Shown here one piece after another: positions 8,265 to 20,348 of a DNA stretch of 64,000 nucleotides (position 1 is its first letter; each line of letters begins with the position of its first letter). This DNA is from Leptogorgia sarmentosa. Taxonomy: Eukaryota. The DNA lies in contig OZ210885.1 of NCBI GenBank assembly GCA_964658305.1, forward strand, positions 8,184,001 through 8,248,000, given 5' to 3'. Position numbers and translations under genes: made by a program. The notes under the pieces were generated by a model. That model saw only the letters and a list, made by a program, of their open reading frames with translations. It was not told where the DNA came from and made no database searches.

Positions 8265-11060
8265 TCAGACGTGATCTGGTCTTTCTGGATCAACGAAACC
8301 ACTTGGTTGTTTCATATAGATCTCATCATCCAAATCTCCTTGCAAGAACGCGGTCTTCACATCCATTTGATGTATCTCCCAGTTACAAATGTTGGCTACA
8401 GCAAGTAGTGAACGTATAGAGGTGTAACGAACAACAGGTGCGAAAACTTCATCATAATCGATCCCTGGCGATTGAGCGTATCCTTGTGCAACCAATCTTC
8501 CCTTGAACCTTTGGACAGTTCCATCCACGTTTCTCTTGACTTTGAATACCCATTTGCCCCCAATTACGTTCTTGTCTTTCGGTGGAGGGACAAGATCCCA
8601 GGTATGATTGTCAATCAGTGACTTATATTCGGATTCTGCAGCTTTCTTCCACTCAGCACTATTCTTTCCATGGAATGCTTCAGTAAGGTTACTTGGTTCA
8701 TTAATGTCTGCGGTAAGATCTTCTGTGCAGTTGTACACTTCATCATCATACCTTCGCGGAGGTCTTCTTTGTCGTTGTGGATTAAGGTTCTCCACTTCTC
8801 GCATAAAATTATCCTCGAACGTCGCTCCCACTGGACGGTTACACTGTACTGGAGGGACAATTTCCGCACCATCATTCACGACTTCTTCATTATGGTCATT
8901 CGGATCAATAATAGCATCAATTTCGGAACTTTCAGGATTACGATTGTCTTCGTGATAGAACTCCGAGTTCTCCTTCAATTTAAAATCATGAAAGGTTCTT
9001 TCCTGAAACACAATGTCTCGACTGCGAACAAATGATTTCTTCTCCAGGTCGTACAGTTTGTAGCCCTTAGTTCCTTCCGGATATCCTACAAACACACACT
9101 TGGACGACTTTTTGTCCAATTTCCTTCGCTTAGCATCGGGGATATGCTTAAAAGCAATGCAACCAAAAACTCTCAAATTGGATACATCCGGTTTCTGACC
9201 AAACATTCTCTCATATGGCGTGACTTCCTTTAGTGAACTCGTCGGACTGCGATTGTGAACATATGAAGCTGTGTGAATTGCTTCTGCCCAAAACTCTTTG
9301 GGCATACCCGCATGAAACATCATTGAACGAGCGGCTTCGACTAGAGTCCGGTTCATTCTTTCCGCAATGCCGTTTTGTTCTGGACAATATGGAACAGTTG
9401 TTTGATGTGTTATTCCCTTTGCCTTTAAATATTCATCAAATGCTTTGGAGCAGTACTCTCCACCATTATCCGACCGAAGGTTCTTCACCCGTTTGCCCAA
9501 CTTTTCCACTTGATTCACATACTGCTTGAACTTTACCATTACTTCATCTTTACTTTTCAGGAAATACACTTCCGTATATCTTGAATATTCATCAATGAAT
9601 GTAACAAAATACTGCGATTTCCCAAATGATTTTACACCCATAGGACCACATACATCACTGTGAACTGTTTCGAATAATTCAGTTGCTTTATTGGAGCTCT
9701 TCTTAGGATATGGTGAACGGTGCTGCTTTCCCTGAACGCATGCTTCACATACATCAGACATATCACCGTCCTTCGCACCAGACATCCCTTCCACCATCCT
9801 ACTGTTTAGTAGTTTGGAAACGTTATCCATCCCCAAATGTCCAAATCGACAGTGCCATAGTTCCATATTGGGATCACTCTTCACAACATTCACATACTCC
9901 TCCAAGACAACTTTAAGCATGTACAACTTTCCATGCATTATTCCTATTCCAACTAATCTTGAATCCATGGAAATTCTGCATTCATCTCCTTTAAACACGA
10001 CAGTTGCTCCTAATTTACTCATGGCTTGAACTGATAACAAGTTCCTCTTCAGCTCCGGTAAATAAAGCACATTCTTCAAAGCAATTTTCTGACTCGATCC
10101 ATTCAAATCAGTGGATAGCCGGTATGTTCCTTTTCCATAGGCTAAAATCACTCGATTATCTCCTAAATTTACCTTGCACGGTCTCTTGAATTCCACGTAC
10201 TCAGATAAACTGTCTCGTTCATAAGTCATGTGTTGAGTCGCTCCCGAATCAATAATCCAACCACTGTGATTTTCATCACCAGTTACAAACAGGGCTATTT
10301 CATCAGCATCATCTTGGTCACACGGCTCTTCTGCAGTGCAATGAATTGAACTTTTACCTTTGTTGGAATTACTGGGATTGTTCTTACGTTGTGGGCAATC
10401 TCGAGCAAAGTGTCCTCTCTTCTTGCATGAATGGCAAGTTCCTCGAAATGAATTCTGGTTTGGGTTTTCAGTCTTGCCTTGGTCCTTTGGCTTAAATCCT
10501 CTTTTATTGTACGGCCGTTGCATAGTATACGCATCCTCATCTTTCTTTGTGACTGAGATTCTCGCAGCATCGTTCAGCAACATTCCTTTCACCTTCTGGT
10601 AGGTCAATGTGTCTTCTCCTACTGCATCCAAAGCAGTAATAAGTGAGTTGTAGCTTTCAGGCAAACTTGCGAGCAATGTCATTGCCAATTCTTTATCATT
10701 ATACTCAATACCCATCTCCCTCAACTGGTCATGGAGAGATTTAATGCGATTGATATGATCTAGCATACTATCACCACTTTTAAATCGACATGAATAATAT
10801 TGCTGACGTAATCTTACAATTTGCGATACGGAGACTCTTGCAAACTGATGTTTCAGGGCGTCCCATGCTTCCTTGGCTGTACTCGTATCTCTTACATGAA
10901 TTTGTTGTTCGGGTTCCACTGCTAGGCAGATGTACGTCCAGGCTTTCTTCGAGGCTGACCTAAATGCTTGCCTCACCTGTTCAGACGCTTCTTCATCAGG
11001 ATTCTCGATCGATCCATCAGCATGACCAAACAAATCCATACTCTCAAGATAGAGACGCAT
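8265..11060 (-). CDS. Copia gag-pol (gag, zinc knuckle, protease, integrase, RT N-terminus)
   Basis: CHSCKKRGHFARDC, WIIDSGAT, WHCRFGH, HSDVCGP, RSDNGGEY, QNGIAER, QMDVKTAFL; original ATG probably at 11134 with a frameshift. Confidence 0.93.
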   Translation of the reverse strand: MRLYLESMDLFGHADGSIENPDEEASEQVRQAFRSASKKAWTYICLAVEPEQQIHVRDTSTAKEAWDALKHQFARVSVSQIVRLRQQYYSCRFKSGDSMLDHINRIKSLHDQLREMGIEYNDKELAMTLLASLPESYNSLITALDAVGEDTLTYQKVKGMLLNDAARISVTKKDEDAYTMQRPYNKRGFKPKDQGKTENPNQNSFRGTCHSCKKRGHFARDCPQRKNNPSNSNKGKSSIHCTAEEPCDQDDADEIALFVTGDENHSGWIIDSGATQHMTYERDSLSEYVEFKRPCKVNLGDNRVILAYGKGTYRLSTDLNGSSQKIALKNVLYLPELKRNLLSVQAMSKLGATVVFKGDECRISMDSRLVGIGIMHGKLYMLKVVLEEYVNVVKSDPNMELWHCRFGHLGMDNVSKLLNSRMVEGMSGAKDGDMSDVCEACVQGKQHRSPYPKKSSNKATELFETVHSDVCGPMGVKSFGKSQYFVTFIDEYSRYTEVYFLKSKDEVMVKFKQYVNQVEKLGKRVKNLRSDNGGEYCSKAFDEYLKAKGITHQTTVPYCPEQNGIAERMNRTLVEAARSMMFHAGMPKEFWAEAIHTASYVHNRSPTSSLKEVTPYERMFGQKPDVSNLRVFGCIAFKHIPDAKRRKLDKKSSKCVFVGYPEGTKGYKLYDLEKKSFVRSRDIVFQERTFHDFKLKENSEFYHEDNRNPESSEIDAIIDPNDHNEEVVNDGAEIVPPVQCNRPVGATFEDNFMREVENLNPQRQRRPPRRYDDEVYNCTEDLTADINEPSNLTEAFHGKNSAEWKKAAESEYKSLIDNHTWDLVPPPKDKNVIGGKWVFKVKRNVDGTVQRFKGRLVAQGYAQSPGIDYDEVFAPVVRYTSIRSLLAVANICNWEIHQMDVKTAFLQGDLDDEIYMKQPSGFVDPERPDHV

Positions 11061-11222
11061 GTTAAATGCCCAATCTCTATAATTTTCTCCATTTAACTTA
11101 GTAAGTTTAAGTAAAAATCCCTCGATGTCGCCATGTTTAGTTCATCGATAAATGTTCGTATTGTTTCAAGCCATACGCTTCCAAACAAATAAAATTACGC
11201 TTCAGAGACATATTAGAGTGTC

Positions 11223-11236
11223 CTGGGCCCATAACC
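11223..11236 (-). promoter_or_regulatory. Copia primer-binding site (initiator tRNA-Met half-molecule type)
   Basis: GGTTATGGGCCCAG directly after the 5' LTR, the Drosophila copia-type PBS. Confidence 0.85.
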
Positions 11237-11429
11237 TATTAAAATGTTATATCGGACATTCTTTGATGTTGAGCGATTTAATATCAACAATATGAACAGT
11301 AAAATACATAAGAAATCAGTACAAGAACAGAGAGACCATTCGTCACATGTTAACGATACATAACACTTCCAACTACATCAAGTATCCAATGTATATGGTT
11401 ATTATATCAAGCTATGCATGCTGCTAACA
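11237..11429 (-). repeat. Copia 5' LTR
   Basis: TGTTAG...TTAATA on minus strand; about 6 substitutions versus the 3' LTR. Confidence 0.93.
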
Positions 11430-12099
11430 CCCTTATAATTATGCTGTGCTGTGGGGATGTTACTCCTTGACGATGATACCTATTTTTTACTTGTCTAATG
11501 CCAGACGATTTTACTGGTCAATGGGGAAGCTCTGCAGCCTAATGGATTAAGCAACCTGGAAGATTTAACTGTATATTTTATTTTACATTAGTGATTTACA
11601 TCTTTAATTTGGTTTGTAAGCATGAAGTTGCACTGTTGCAGAACAATTAGGACTACTTGAACTTGATGACGACTTCTTCTCTCCTGAATTTAGAGCTGCC
11701 CGTTTGCAAATTATCCCATATCCAGAATTTGTGGAGCCAACTGAGTGCTCAGCTGCCTTTGTTTATCTTATAACTCTCAAATGCCTAATTCTGAATAACT
11801 TTGAAGTTCGTTACCGTCTTTTTTATGAATAGGTATTTTTCCATGCATGTTCCAATACTCCCTGAGGTTAGGCACTCCGACCCACTATAGGATTGATCTT
11901 TCAAATTACAATATGTGTCTTCTCAATTTAAATATCTGTCTGTGTAGAAATGTGCCTTGTTAATTTCTTGTCAATTGCCCCTCAGTCAAACAATTTCTTG
12001 ATGCCTAAAACACACAGGGTTGTCTGCTCACCAGGGCGTGAAAATAAGTGATTGTTGATGTTAATGGTAATAAGTAATCAATCCACATGTTAAGGATTG

Positions 12100-12506
12100 A
12101 AAAAACATCCGCTAGGTATTGGACTTGTCTCCACTTGCGACGTGAGTAATTATCATTCTCTGTGAAGATACCAGGGGACAATTCTGGTTCCTTTCGCAGC
12201 AGCAGCAGGTGATTTGGTGTGAGGGCTTCGAGGTCTTGGGGATCGTCAGATACCTTCGTATCGGTCGGCCGTTCACGATCGCTTCGACTTCGCACATGAG
12301 TGTACCCAATCGTTCTTCGTTCATTATTTGTTCCCTCGTAATTGCGTTCAGTACTTTCCTTAATGTACGAATACATCGCTCCCAGCCTCCCAGACACCCC
12401 GTGTTGAGATAATCTGGGTTGGTTGAAAACCCATTTAACATTCCTTTGCGTCAAGAACTGGTTCCACGAGTCTATTGACTTTCTCAGCTCTCTTTCTCCG
12501 CCAACA
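12100..12506 (-). mobile_element. BEL/Pao retrotransposon integrase fragment
   Basis: WERCIRT, MCEVEAIVNGRP, ALTPNHLLL, WRQVQYLADVF across frameshifted ORFs. Confidence 0.88.
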
Positions 12507-12508
12507 AA

Positions 12509-12920
12509 GGTAGGTAGGTAGGTAAAACTTTATTTCAACACGTTAGCCACTTAAGTGGGACGTGCTTATTTACAAAATTACTATTACATACAAACATTCT
12601 TTAAAAAATATACAGTTAGCTATATAAGTTAATTATTAGGTATTAGTCAGGCTGGCATTGGAAATGTAATTATTAAATATGGTCAGAGATTCACTATTCC
12701 TTTACGTGTTCAGGTAAGGAATTTCACATTATAGGTCCTCTAAAACTAAAACATTTTTTGCGATATTCAGTTTCCGGACGCGGAAGATAATGAGCAGTGT
12801 CGATCGGACCCTGGTAAATTATAGTGATGAATACTATTAGACATAATTAGAATGTCGCGTAGTTTTGTTGGTGCCATGTTATGCAAAATCTTATACATAA
12901 GTCGGGCTATGATTTAGATG
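12509..12920 (-). mobile_element. 3' fragment of a second CR1/L2-group LINE
   Basis: (ACCT)n tail and AATAAAG as in the 1479 element; decayed C-terminal coding sequence (MYKILHNMAP, FSFRGP). Confidence 0.75.
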
Positions 12921-13364
12921 GGCCCTTTTTCCTTGAAGGGTTTTCCATCCAAGAATACCACGGTCCACGGGCCAAAACTGATGGACCATTCTCGTTTTTG
13001 CACTTCATTATTATTCTGGCACATCTGTTATAAAGCTTCTGCAATCGGTTTGAAATTTATGTTATGCAGAGTCTTTAAAATTTTGGCCTCGAATTGTAAA
13101 CATGAATTTTTTGGGGAAAAACTCAGTGAGAGGAGATTTTGTTCTCGGTGGTGGTGGCTGAGTGTTTAAAGTGACAGATTCAAGGTCCAAGTTTTCCATC
13201 TACAAAATCAACGGAAAGAAGTCGCGTTTTTTATTGTGTCAAGATTATGAAACATGCCAAGAATGATTTTCTATTTGAATATAGTATTGAAAAAATAGAG
13301 GTCCGTGAAATGATGATAGCTGCGTTTGAAAGTATATGTACGTAATTAACCAGGAGAGTACACA

Positions 13365-13436
13365 GGGAGTGTAGCTCAGGGGTAGAGCATTCGACTGCAG
13401 ATCGAGAGGTCGGTGGTTCAAATCCGCCCGCTCCTT
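13365..13436 (+). tRNA. tRNA-Cys(GCA)
   Basis: GGGAGTGTAGCTCAGGGGTAGAGC...CTGCAGA...GGTTCAAATCC; full cloverleaf. Confidence 0.92.
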
Positions 13437-13941
13437 CTTATCATACCTATAAACTGGAAAACTTTCAAATTCTTTAAAGCGGCCTGATGTGAAATATGCG
13501 ACCCAAACGGTTAAGATGCATATACTACGATTCTTGTTAAATCTATCCACTAATACTTGAAAACGATTAGTCATAAACAATGACTATATTTGAATTTTCG
13601 TTCGAGTAACAGTTTTTTAGACGTACATATAAAGAAGGATTTGGCTGAGTAACCATGGAAACCGTGCAAATGAAGTTCATATGTTTGGAATCAGCAAGTG
13701 ATCTTGTATCATATGCAACCTGAACAGTCCAAAGTATCTACAATGAAAAATTTCAATCATGTTGTCCCAGGCCTTTCTTATCACGTTGTTTGTAGTAGCT
13801 TTTTTTTCAATTAACAGATATGAAATGCTGCAAGCAAATAATCCGGTTCTTTCCCCCGAAATTTCCAGTCATTTCCAAACATTTAGGGGTAAGGCATTCA
13901 ATGTAACCCATTTTAACATTTTAAATTGCCAATCACATCAT

Positions 13942-15104
13942 AGGTAGCTCAACAAGCCGCACGCATGACGTAACATTCAGTAGTAAAAGAGACCGTTCAT
14001 TTAATATGTCGGAGGGGGGCGGTAAGAATATAAGGGGGGTTGTACGATTTTTAATGTATATTGGGGCGGGGGAGGGCATTAAGAATTTTAAGTGGTGAAG
14101 AGGGGGGGGGGAATATAAATTTCTGGTACAGCCTACAAACTTGCAAAAAGGATTTTATTAATTCCAACAGAATCTCAAAAGTAGATCGATTACAATGACA
14201 TAACACAGGATGAAAATTCAGAATTGCAATACATTGGCAACCTGGTGCCAATTCGCAAATGCTGTGAAGGCAAAAATTCCAAGTAGAAACGACCAACTAT
14301 TTACTTGGTCGTTTCTACGTTTCGCCGAAATCAAAGAGATTCATCGGCCTTGCTCTCTACAAGTTAATTAAATCGTAATATTCAAAGTGCAATAGCCAGA
14401 TAAATTTCGATTATTACCCTTTTGTACTCCCACCTTCCAAATTTGCGTTAAGTGGGAGTAAGGGGGGGGGGGGGGGGGTTGGTCATACAATTTCCACTCT
14501 CCTTTGCGGGGGGGGGGAGGTTCAGACGATTTTCTTCTGATATTTAGGGGGGGGGGGGCTATATGATTTTGTTTAAGATTATGAAAGGTTTACCGGTCCC
14601 CCCTCCGACATATTAAATGAAAGGTCCCTAATATGATAGGTTGGCAAGTAAATGATAATATCACTCACTACGGCTTAAAATAAGTCGAAAAAATCTACGT
14701 CTCGTAAACAAACTTGGCTAAAAAATAGCAGCCCCTGCTACTAGGAGCAATCCTATTGGTGGGCTGTTATGTCGGGTTTTTTATAACCAATAGGATCGCG
14801 TATTCGTCATTTCAAACGGCAATTTTTGCACGACAACAGGCTTCCAGCATCGAGACACGGCAAATTCAAACAAACCTTTCGTTTTTTTCCGACTTTTTCT
14901 CTCGTTTTGTTACCAGAAAACGTTGTGCATATTTAGTAATACTACCCTCGAAGTAGGGGCTGCTATTTTTTAGCGAAGTTTGTTCACGAGACGTTGATTT
15001 TTTCGACTTGTTTTGAGCGGTAGTGACTGATATTTTTTACTAGCCAACCTTATCATATTTTACTACTGCGTGTTACGTCATGCGTGCGGCTTGTAGGGCT
15101 ACTA
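13942..15104. mobile_element. Long-TIR (foldback-like) MITE interrupted by a nested MITE
   Basis: 13942-13988 plus 14632-14742 is the inverted copy of ~14950-15104. Confidence 0.75.
13989..14628. mobile_element. PIF/Harbinger-like MITE
   Basis: TIR GRGACCKTTCATTTAATATGTCGGAGGGGG; 3-bp AAA/TAA duplication relative to the empty TIR copy. Confidence 0.75.
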
Positions 15105-15229
15105 GGATAATATGTACTCACTGCGTACCTAGTTTTGTAATCCTGCTCTCCGATTGTTGTTCGTAAGATCTTCGTAGATTGTCGTCACTTCTTCCAATAA
15201 TGACGTCATGTTATTTTGAGGCTCGGGGA

Positions 15230-15828
15230 CAGTGCTCTCACTTCTAAGGATTTTTCCTCAGAAATAGGAATTTAGCAAAGTTTTAAGGATTTTTTTAAGG
15301 AATTCAATTTTTAAGGAATTTTCTAAGGAATTTTAATATTTCGAGAAAAGCCACTCTCTCCAGTAATTCTTTAGCTCAGTGAGAAAAGCCTTTGGTAAAA
15401 TGCCCTGAGCTAAAGAATTACTAATTAATAATAAGGTAATTCTTTATCTTAGTGGTAAAATGCCTGTGAAACACATGTCACAGCAAACTAAAATTTAAAA
15501 AATGGTGATTATAGTTAATTTACATAATTATAGTTTCTGATAAATTGCGCGAATGTGGGCTTCCGGTCCGGCTCAGGAGATGATAAGTCGCTCATTCTAT
15601 CCCATTTTATCTTACTTTAGTAAGCTCAGGTACCTCACAAATTGTGTTTGTTAACGATTTTGAAACTATTTGAGTCTTGTTTTTAAAACAAGAGGCAAAA
15701 GAACGGGATTGCAGGGTACTTTGGGGGTAGTTGCAAGGATAAACAAGTCATTTAAGGAATTTTGGGAATATCTGAGGAATTCCGGAGCTCACACTAAGGA
15801 ATTTTTAAAATTCGTTGTGAGAGCACTG
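15230..15828. mobile_element. hAT-like MITE
   Basis: TIR CAGTGCTCTCAC; 8-bp TSD CTCGGGGA; internal TAAGGAATT repeats. Confidence 0.88.
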
Positions 15829-16705
15829 CTCGGGGAATTTCGCAGAAGAGGCGTCTAGTCTTCTTGCTGGAATTTCAGAAGGTATTTTACAACATCAACA
15901 GAATTTTATTGCTTATCTTTCGAACAAGATTCGAAATCGTTCTAAAATCTTTCGTTGTTTGGTTTCACGGACACAGAAAAGTCGCAATTCAAGGTAAATA
16001 TTGTTACAATTTGAACTTTCATTTACGGTCAGTTATATTTTTTTCAACTTGAGACATTATCTTGTGATCATTGCAGTATGTTTTATTAAGGACATTGATG
16101 CAATCTTATATTGAAATTTCTCTGTCTTCTGGCAAATTTGTTGTGAATATTTTGAGTGTTTACTTTGGTTGTATTGCACTTTATTTGTTTCATTTGATGA
16201 AATCAAAATGCTTGTAAAATATACAGTCATGTAGTACTGTTGATTTATGATGAATATGAAAGTAAACATATTTTCATGTATGCCATTAGATTATTGTGGG
16301 TTTATTATGTCATAGATAATATTGATTGTCACATTAATTTGAGAGGCCTTTGTTGATTCTGTGTCGTTCAAATCATTTAGTTAATGTGCAGTCCACAGTA
16401 ATGTCATGCATTCTATAATGATGCACAAATGCGGAAGATAATTGCCAGATAACCTGTACTGATTTTTAGTAATAATATGTCTTGTGTCTTTGAATGCAAA
16501 TCATAGAGTACACCTGTTGAGATTGCAACCAGAAACAGTAAAGGGAAAATCATCAACTATTTGTGCTGTGTGCCTTAGTGTTCAAAGCAGAGCAGAGCAT
16601 CAGCATCATACAGACATGTAGGTTTGTTTCCTGGCAGGGAATCTTATAGTTGATGAATTATTCTCAACTGACCCTTGTTGGGATTTTAACAATCCCTCAT
16701 GCGTA

Positions 16706-16879
16706 CAGGGGCGCTGGAGCAACAAGGGCAACTGATTCACATGTGAACAAAAAACCCCACATGAAATGGCATTTGTAAGACTGTAACCCTATGGAACCCC
16801 ACACAGGATCTTGACTCTGACACTTTGGTGCCCTTTCCACAAAGCTTTCCCTGCTGCATTTCAGTCCATGGCGCCCCTG
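16706..16879. mobile_element. hAT-like MITE
   Basis: CAGGGGCGC termini; imperfect 8-bp TSD CATGCGTA/CACGTGTA. Confidence 0.7.
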
Positions 16880-18537
16880 CACGTGTATAATTTTTACTCA
16901 ATATCAAGACACATTAACTCCCCTCAAAATTTTTCACATTGAGTGAAGTTCTATAAAACCATATTGATTTACCGTCAACCTATACTGATGTTATATTTCA
17001 GTGCAAATTTCAAATGACAATTGAATTTAGGTTGTGTTTACCTGATTTAGATCAGACCTACATATTTCATTTGTGTTTTGAAATCATAAGGCTGATAAGG
17101 GATTGGATTAGATTTGACTACATCAATCAGAATTGAGTTACAACTCACTCCGGATTGAGTCCATTTTCATTTTGATTACAATCTGGATGGATTGAATTGC
17201 TGATTGAAAATAAGGCATTGAATGTGAAATCCTAATTTTATTGCAGAAAGAATATGACTGGGCCCTGAAACTGCAAAACAAATCATGCATGTTTTTTGCT
17301 CACATGTTTTCATTCCTTAAATTCCATTTTGCATACATGTACATAAACTGTCAAACTAGATCGACATGAGTTTCTTTCTGCCACTTACTGGAAAAATCCC
17401 CCCTGCCTCTCGCACATTTTACTTTAATTTTCATTGTTAGATTTGTTAGCTTATGATATAAGTTTTATAAACTGTTTGAATCTATAAAACCTGACTGTCA
17501 GGAATTGTAACCATGAGATTCCAGACCAGCATTCTGACCGACCGAGCTATAGAAGTCACTTGTTGAGTAATAACTTTAAGTTCATGTAGATTTATCTTGT
17601 ATTTGTGCAGATGGTTGGTTGTTATTGCTCAGTTGTTATATAATACTGCCCAAACAAAATCAAACTGTCACAGATACTGCCAAAGAACATTAAGTGTTTT
17701 ATTTCCCATCCCCGGTCATGATCAGGTCTAAAACATGGTAGTTACAGTATATATAATCCTCACATTGATTACCTCATTTATTATATATTGTGTACTTTGC
17801 CGATATCTTAGAGTATAGATGGGGGGTGGGGGAGAACAAGGGGAGGGGGGACTGATTTTTTAGTTTGGGTCATGTTACAATAAAGTAGACCACAACATTT
17901 AGTTGGTCTATGAAACATCAATGAAATTGTTGATTTCTTGTCAAAATTAACACTGGCTCTGCCCCATTTTCTTATCTCTTTATAGAAATGTGATTGGTTC
18001 AGCTGTTGACATCATTGAACAACAATACAGAGGGTGAAAAATTTGATTTTCAACCTGAATCAAGGCTGCCAAATTAAAACATTTAGTTTCCTGAGATTAT
18101 AAAATAAATTAAGGTAAGTTAATTGTCCAGTAACAAACTTCAGAATGTGGTCAGTATTACCAGCGGATAACAGAATCGACAAGCATGAGATGCTCCTTGA
18201 TCGAGGATCAGTGTTGATAGTTAAGGAAAAGTGCACATATTATTTTTATGAGGGTGAACATATTAACATCTTTGTTGTCAATGGTTTTCCAATATGGTTT
18301 TTATTTTAGTCACCTACATATATAGATTACTTAATGCAATTGTATATAATCCCATGTGTCTCTCATCTCCCACAATATTTCCTGGCAAAGGGCCCAGTTG
18401 TTCAAAATGTCAAACCTTGTGGTATCATTTAATATGTAGATAGTGGAAAAAAAATTTGCTGGTTGTCGATAATCAGTCATCGCACTCAGACATTAACCCA
18501 ATTTCAACATAATGTTAAAATTAGGATTTCATTTTTA
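16880..18537 (+). repeat. ~1.65-kb repeat, inverted copy at 56294-57953
   Basis: Near-identical reverse-complement match along its whole length. Confidence 0.93.
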
Positions 18538-19666
18538 GTGCAAAGTTTCAAAGAAACTTTGTGCAGTATTGTGATGAGTGGCGAAAATTCACATCAGTCA
18601 TGTAATCATTCAGTCATTCATAGTGTAAACTCCGGGGGGAGCGTCCCAAATTCTCCTGACATGCGAAACTCGGTATTTGACTGATATCCTTGAAATGTTT
18701 GAACAAAAATGATTCGATTGCAGTTATACATCGTTGCTCATCATTATTTGCAGTTGTTCTCATTGATATGAAAGTTTGTTAGAAGTGAAATGTGATCAAA
18801 GAAGCGCAGAAATACAGTACGCAATGGCGGACGCCCCTCCGGAATTTCAGTTTTTGCAAAAATTGCAACTCAGCACTTTTGGGGAATGAAATTACACAAT
18901 ATGGCGGACGCTATGAGTGGGACCGTGAATCAGTAATTCACTGACTGTGATGATAATATAATGTGGCCAACATGTCTGAATGCGTTGATAAAACAGTTAA
19001 AATGTTCTTTATATATCAGCAATGAATCTAGAGATTTGAATTTATTATCATTTCTGTAGAAAACTTGTATTTGTCATGGACAGTTTAGTACTGTTAACAG
19101 CCGCCGTGCGTATTTATATTAAAAATTTAGTTGGCCGACATTGCGGGCAAACTAAAATGTGTAACACAGTAGAACTCGTCATATATTTTAAATTGGTTGA
19201 TGATAGGCAACATATTTGCGAGCTTTCGCATTTATAGCTTTCGTGTTTGTTTTCGCTGTCTCCGACTCGACAACACTGGTCGACGGCATCACAAAGCTTG
19301 GGCTGTTTGTTTGCCCGAAAATACCGGGGATTTACAGAATTTTCGATACTAAATGAACTAAACAACATATAGGCATACAAAAGTAAATTTAACGTTGGCT
19401 GATACTGTGAATAAACTGGATATTTTATTAAGACGCAGAAGTAGCGTGCCACATTGTGACTTAACTCTTTTAAGATCATTTGTTCAGTACGATGTGTATA
19501 TAATTTCAAAAAAGTCAGAGGTCAGAGATTTATCTGATTTGCTTTACACGCGCGCTGCTGCGATGGCAGTTGCTTCCAGACAATAAAATAGTGATTATTT
19601 TCTCGTATCACGTCAACAATGTTTCCTTAGTTTTCTTTTGAAAAATATGATTTTATTGTCCTCTAA

Positions 19667-19786
19667 GGCCTAGGTCAAACGTCGAACTTTTCATGTGCCG
19701 AACCTAATGTTAATGAGCCAAGTTCTTTGTTTGAGCTCATTTGCATTAGGTTCAGCGCATGAAAAGTTCGACGTTCGACCTAGGCC
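19667..19786. mobile_element. Palindromic MITE (Harbinger-like)
   Basis: GGCCTAGGTCRAACGTCGAACTTTTCATG inverted arms, TAA/TTA flanks; decayed relative at ~30890-31020. Confidence 0.8.
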
Positions 19787-20049
19787 TTAGAAACTTTGCA
19801 CTATCCTTGGATCCCTAGTTTCTATTTTATATTCAAATACAAAATTTTTCTTGGCATGTTTCATAACCTTAATACAATAAAAAACGCGACATCTTTCCGT
19901 TGAATTTGTGGATGGAAAACTTGTACATTGAATCTGTCACTTTAAACACTCATCCGCCACCACCGAGAACAGAACTTCCTCTCCTCGAGTTTTTCCCCCA
20001 AAAAATCATGTTTACATATTGAGGCCAAAGTGTTGAAGACTTTGCATAA

Positions 20050-20131
20050 CGTAGTCGGCAGGATTTGAACCTGGGCGGGAAACTCCCAACAGATTTCTAG
20101 TCTGCCGCCTTAACCGCTCGGCCACGACTAC
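20050..20131 (-). tRNA. tRNA-Ser(AGA)
   Basis: GTAGTCGTGGCCGAGCGGTTAAGGCG...CTAGAAA...GGTTCAAATCCTGCCGACTACG; long variable arm; one T-stem mismatch. Confidence 0.88.
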
Positions 20132-20267
20132 GTTGCCACAACCAAGAGGTTTCGCGTTGTTCAACTAAACATTCACATCTACAACTGACCTATACTCTGA
20201 GGTGACCGCGTGGGACGTAGGCCCAAGGTTGCTTGGGAATAAAATGGATGAAAAAATGAAAATAATC

Positions 20268-20348
20268 TGTGTTAGCGGGGAATCGAACCCCGGTCTCCCG
20301 CGTGGCAGGGCGTGGCAGGCGATAATTCTACCACTGAACCACCAACGC
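20268..20348 (-). pseudogene. tRNA-Gly(GCC) pseudogene with duplicated anticodon segment
   Basis: GCGTTGGTGGTTCAGTGGTAGAAT...; 10-bp tandem duplication CCTGCCACGC; acceptor mismatches. Confidence 0.85.

Larger units (their letters stand above)
6911..11429 (-). mobile_element. Ty1/Copia LTR retrotransposon, full-length but decayed
   Basis: Two ~192-bp LTRs, PBS, PPT and gag-PR-IN-RT-RH order; no TSD. Confidence 0.96.

Noticed and set aside
8241..8267. Programmed readthrough or frameshift in Copia pol
   Set aside because: The stop lies inside RT at a position that is normally Cys, and other lesions exist; simple decay
13145..13190. Additional tRNA gene (GGTGGCTGAGTGTTTAAAG...TTCAAG)
   Set aside because: Only a degenerate 5' half-like sequence with no T-arm
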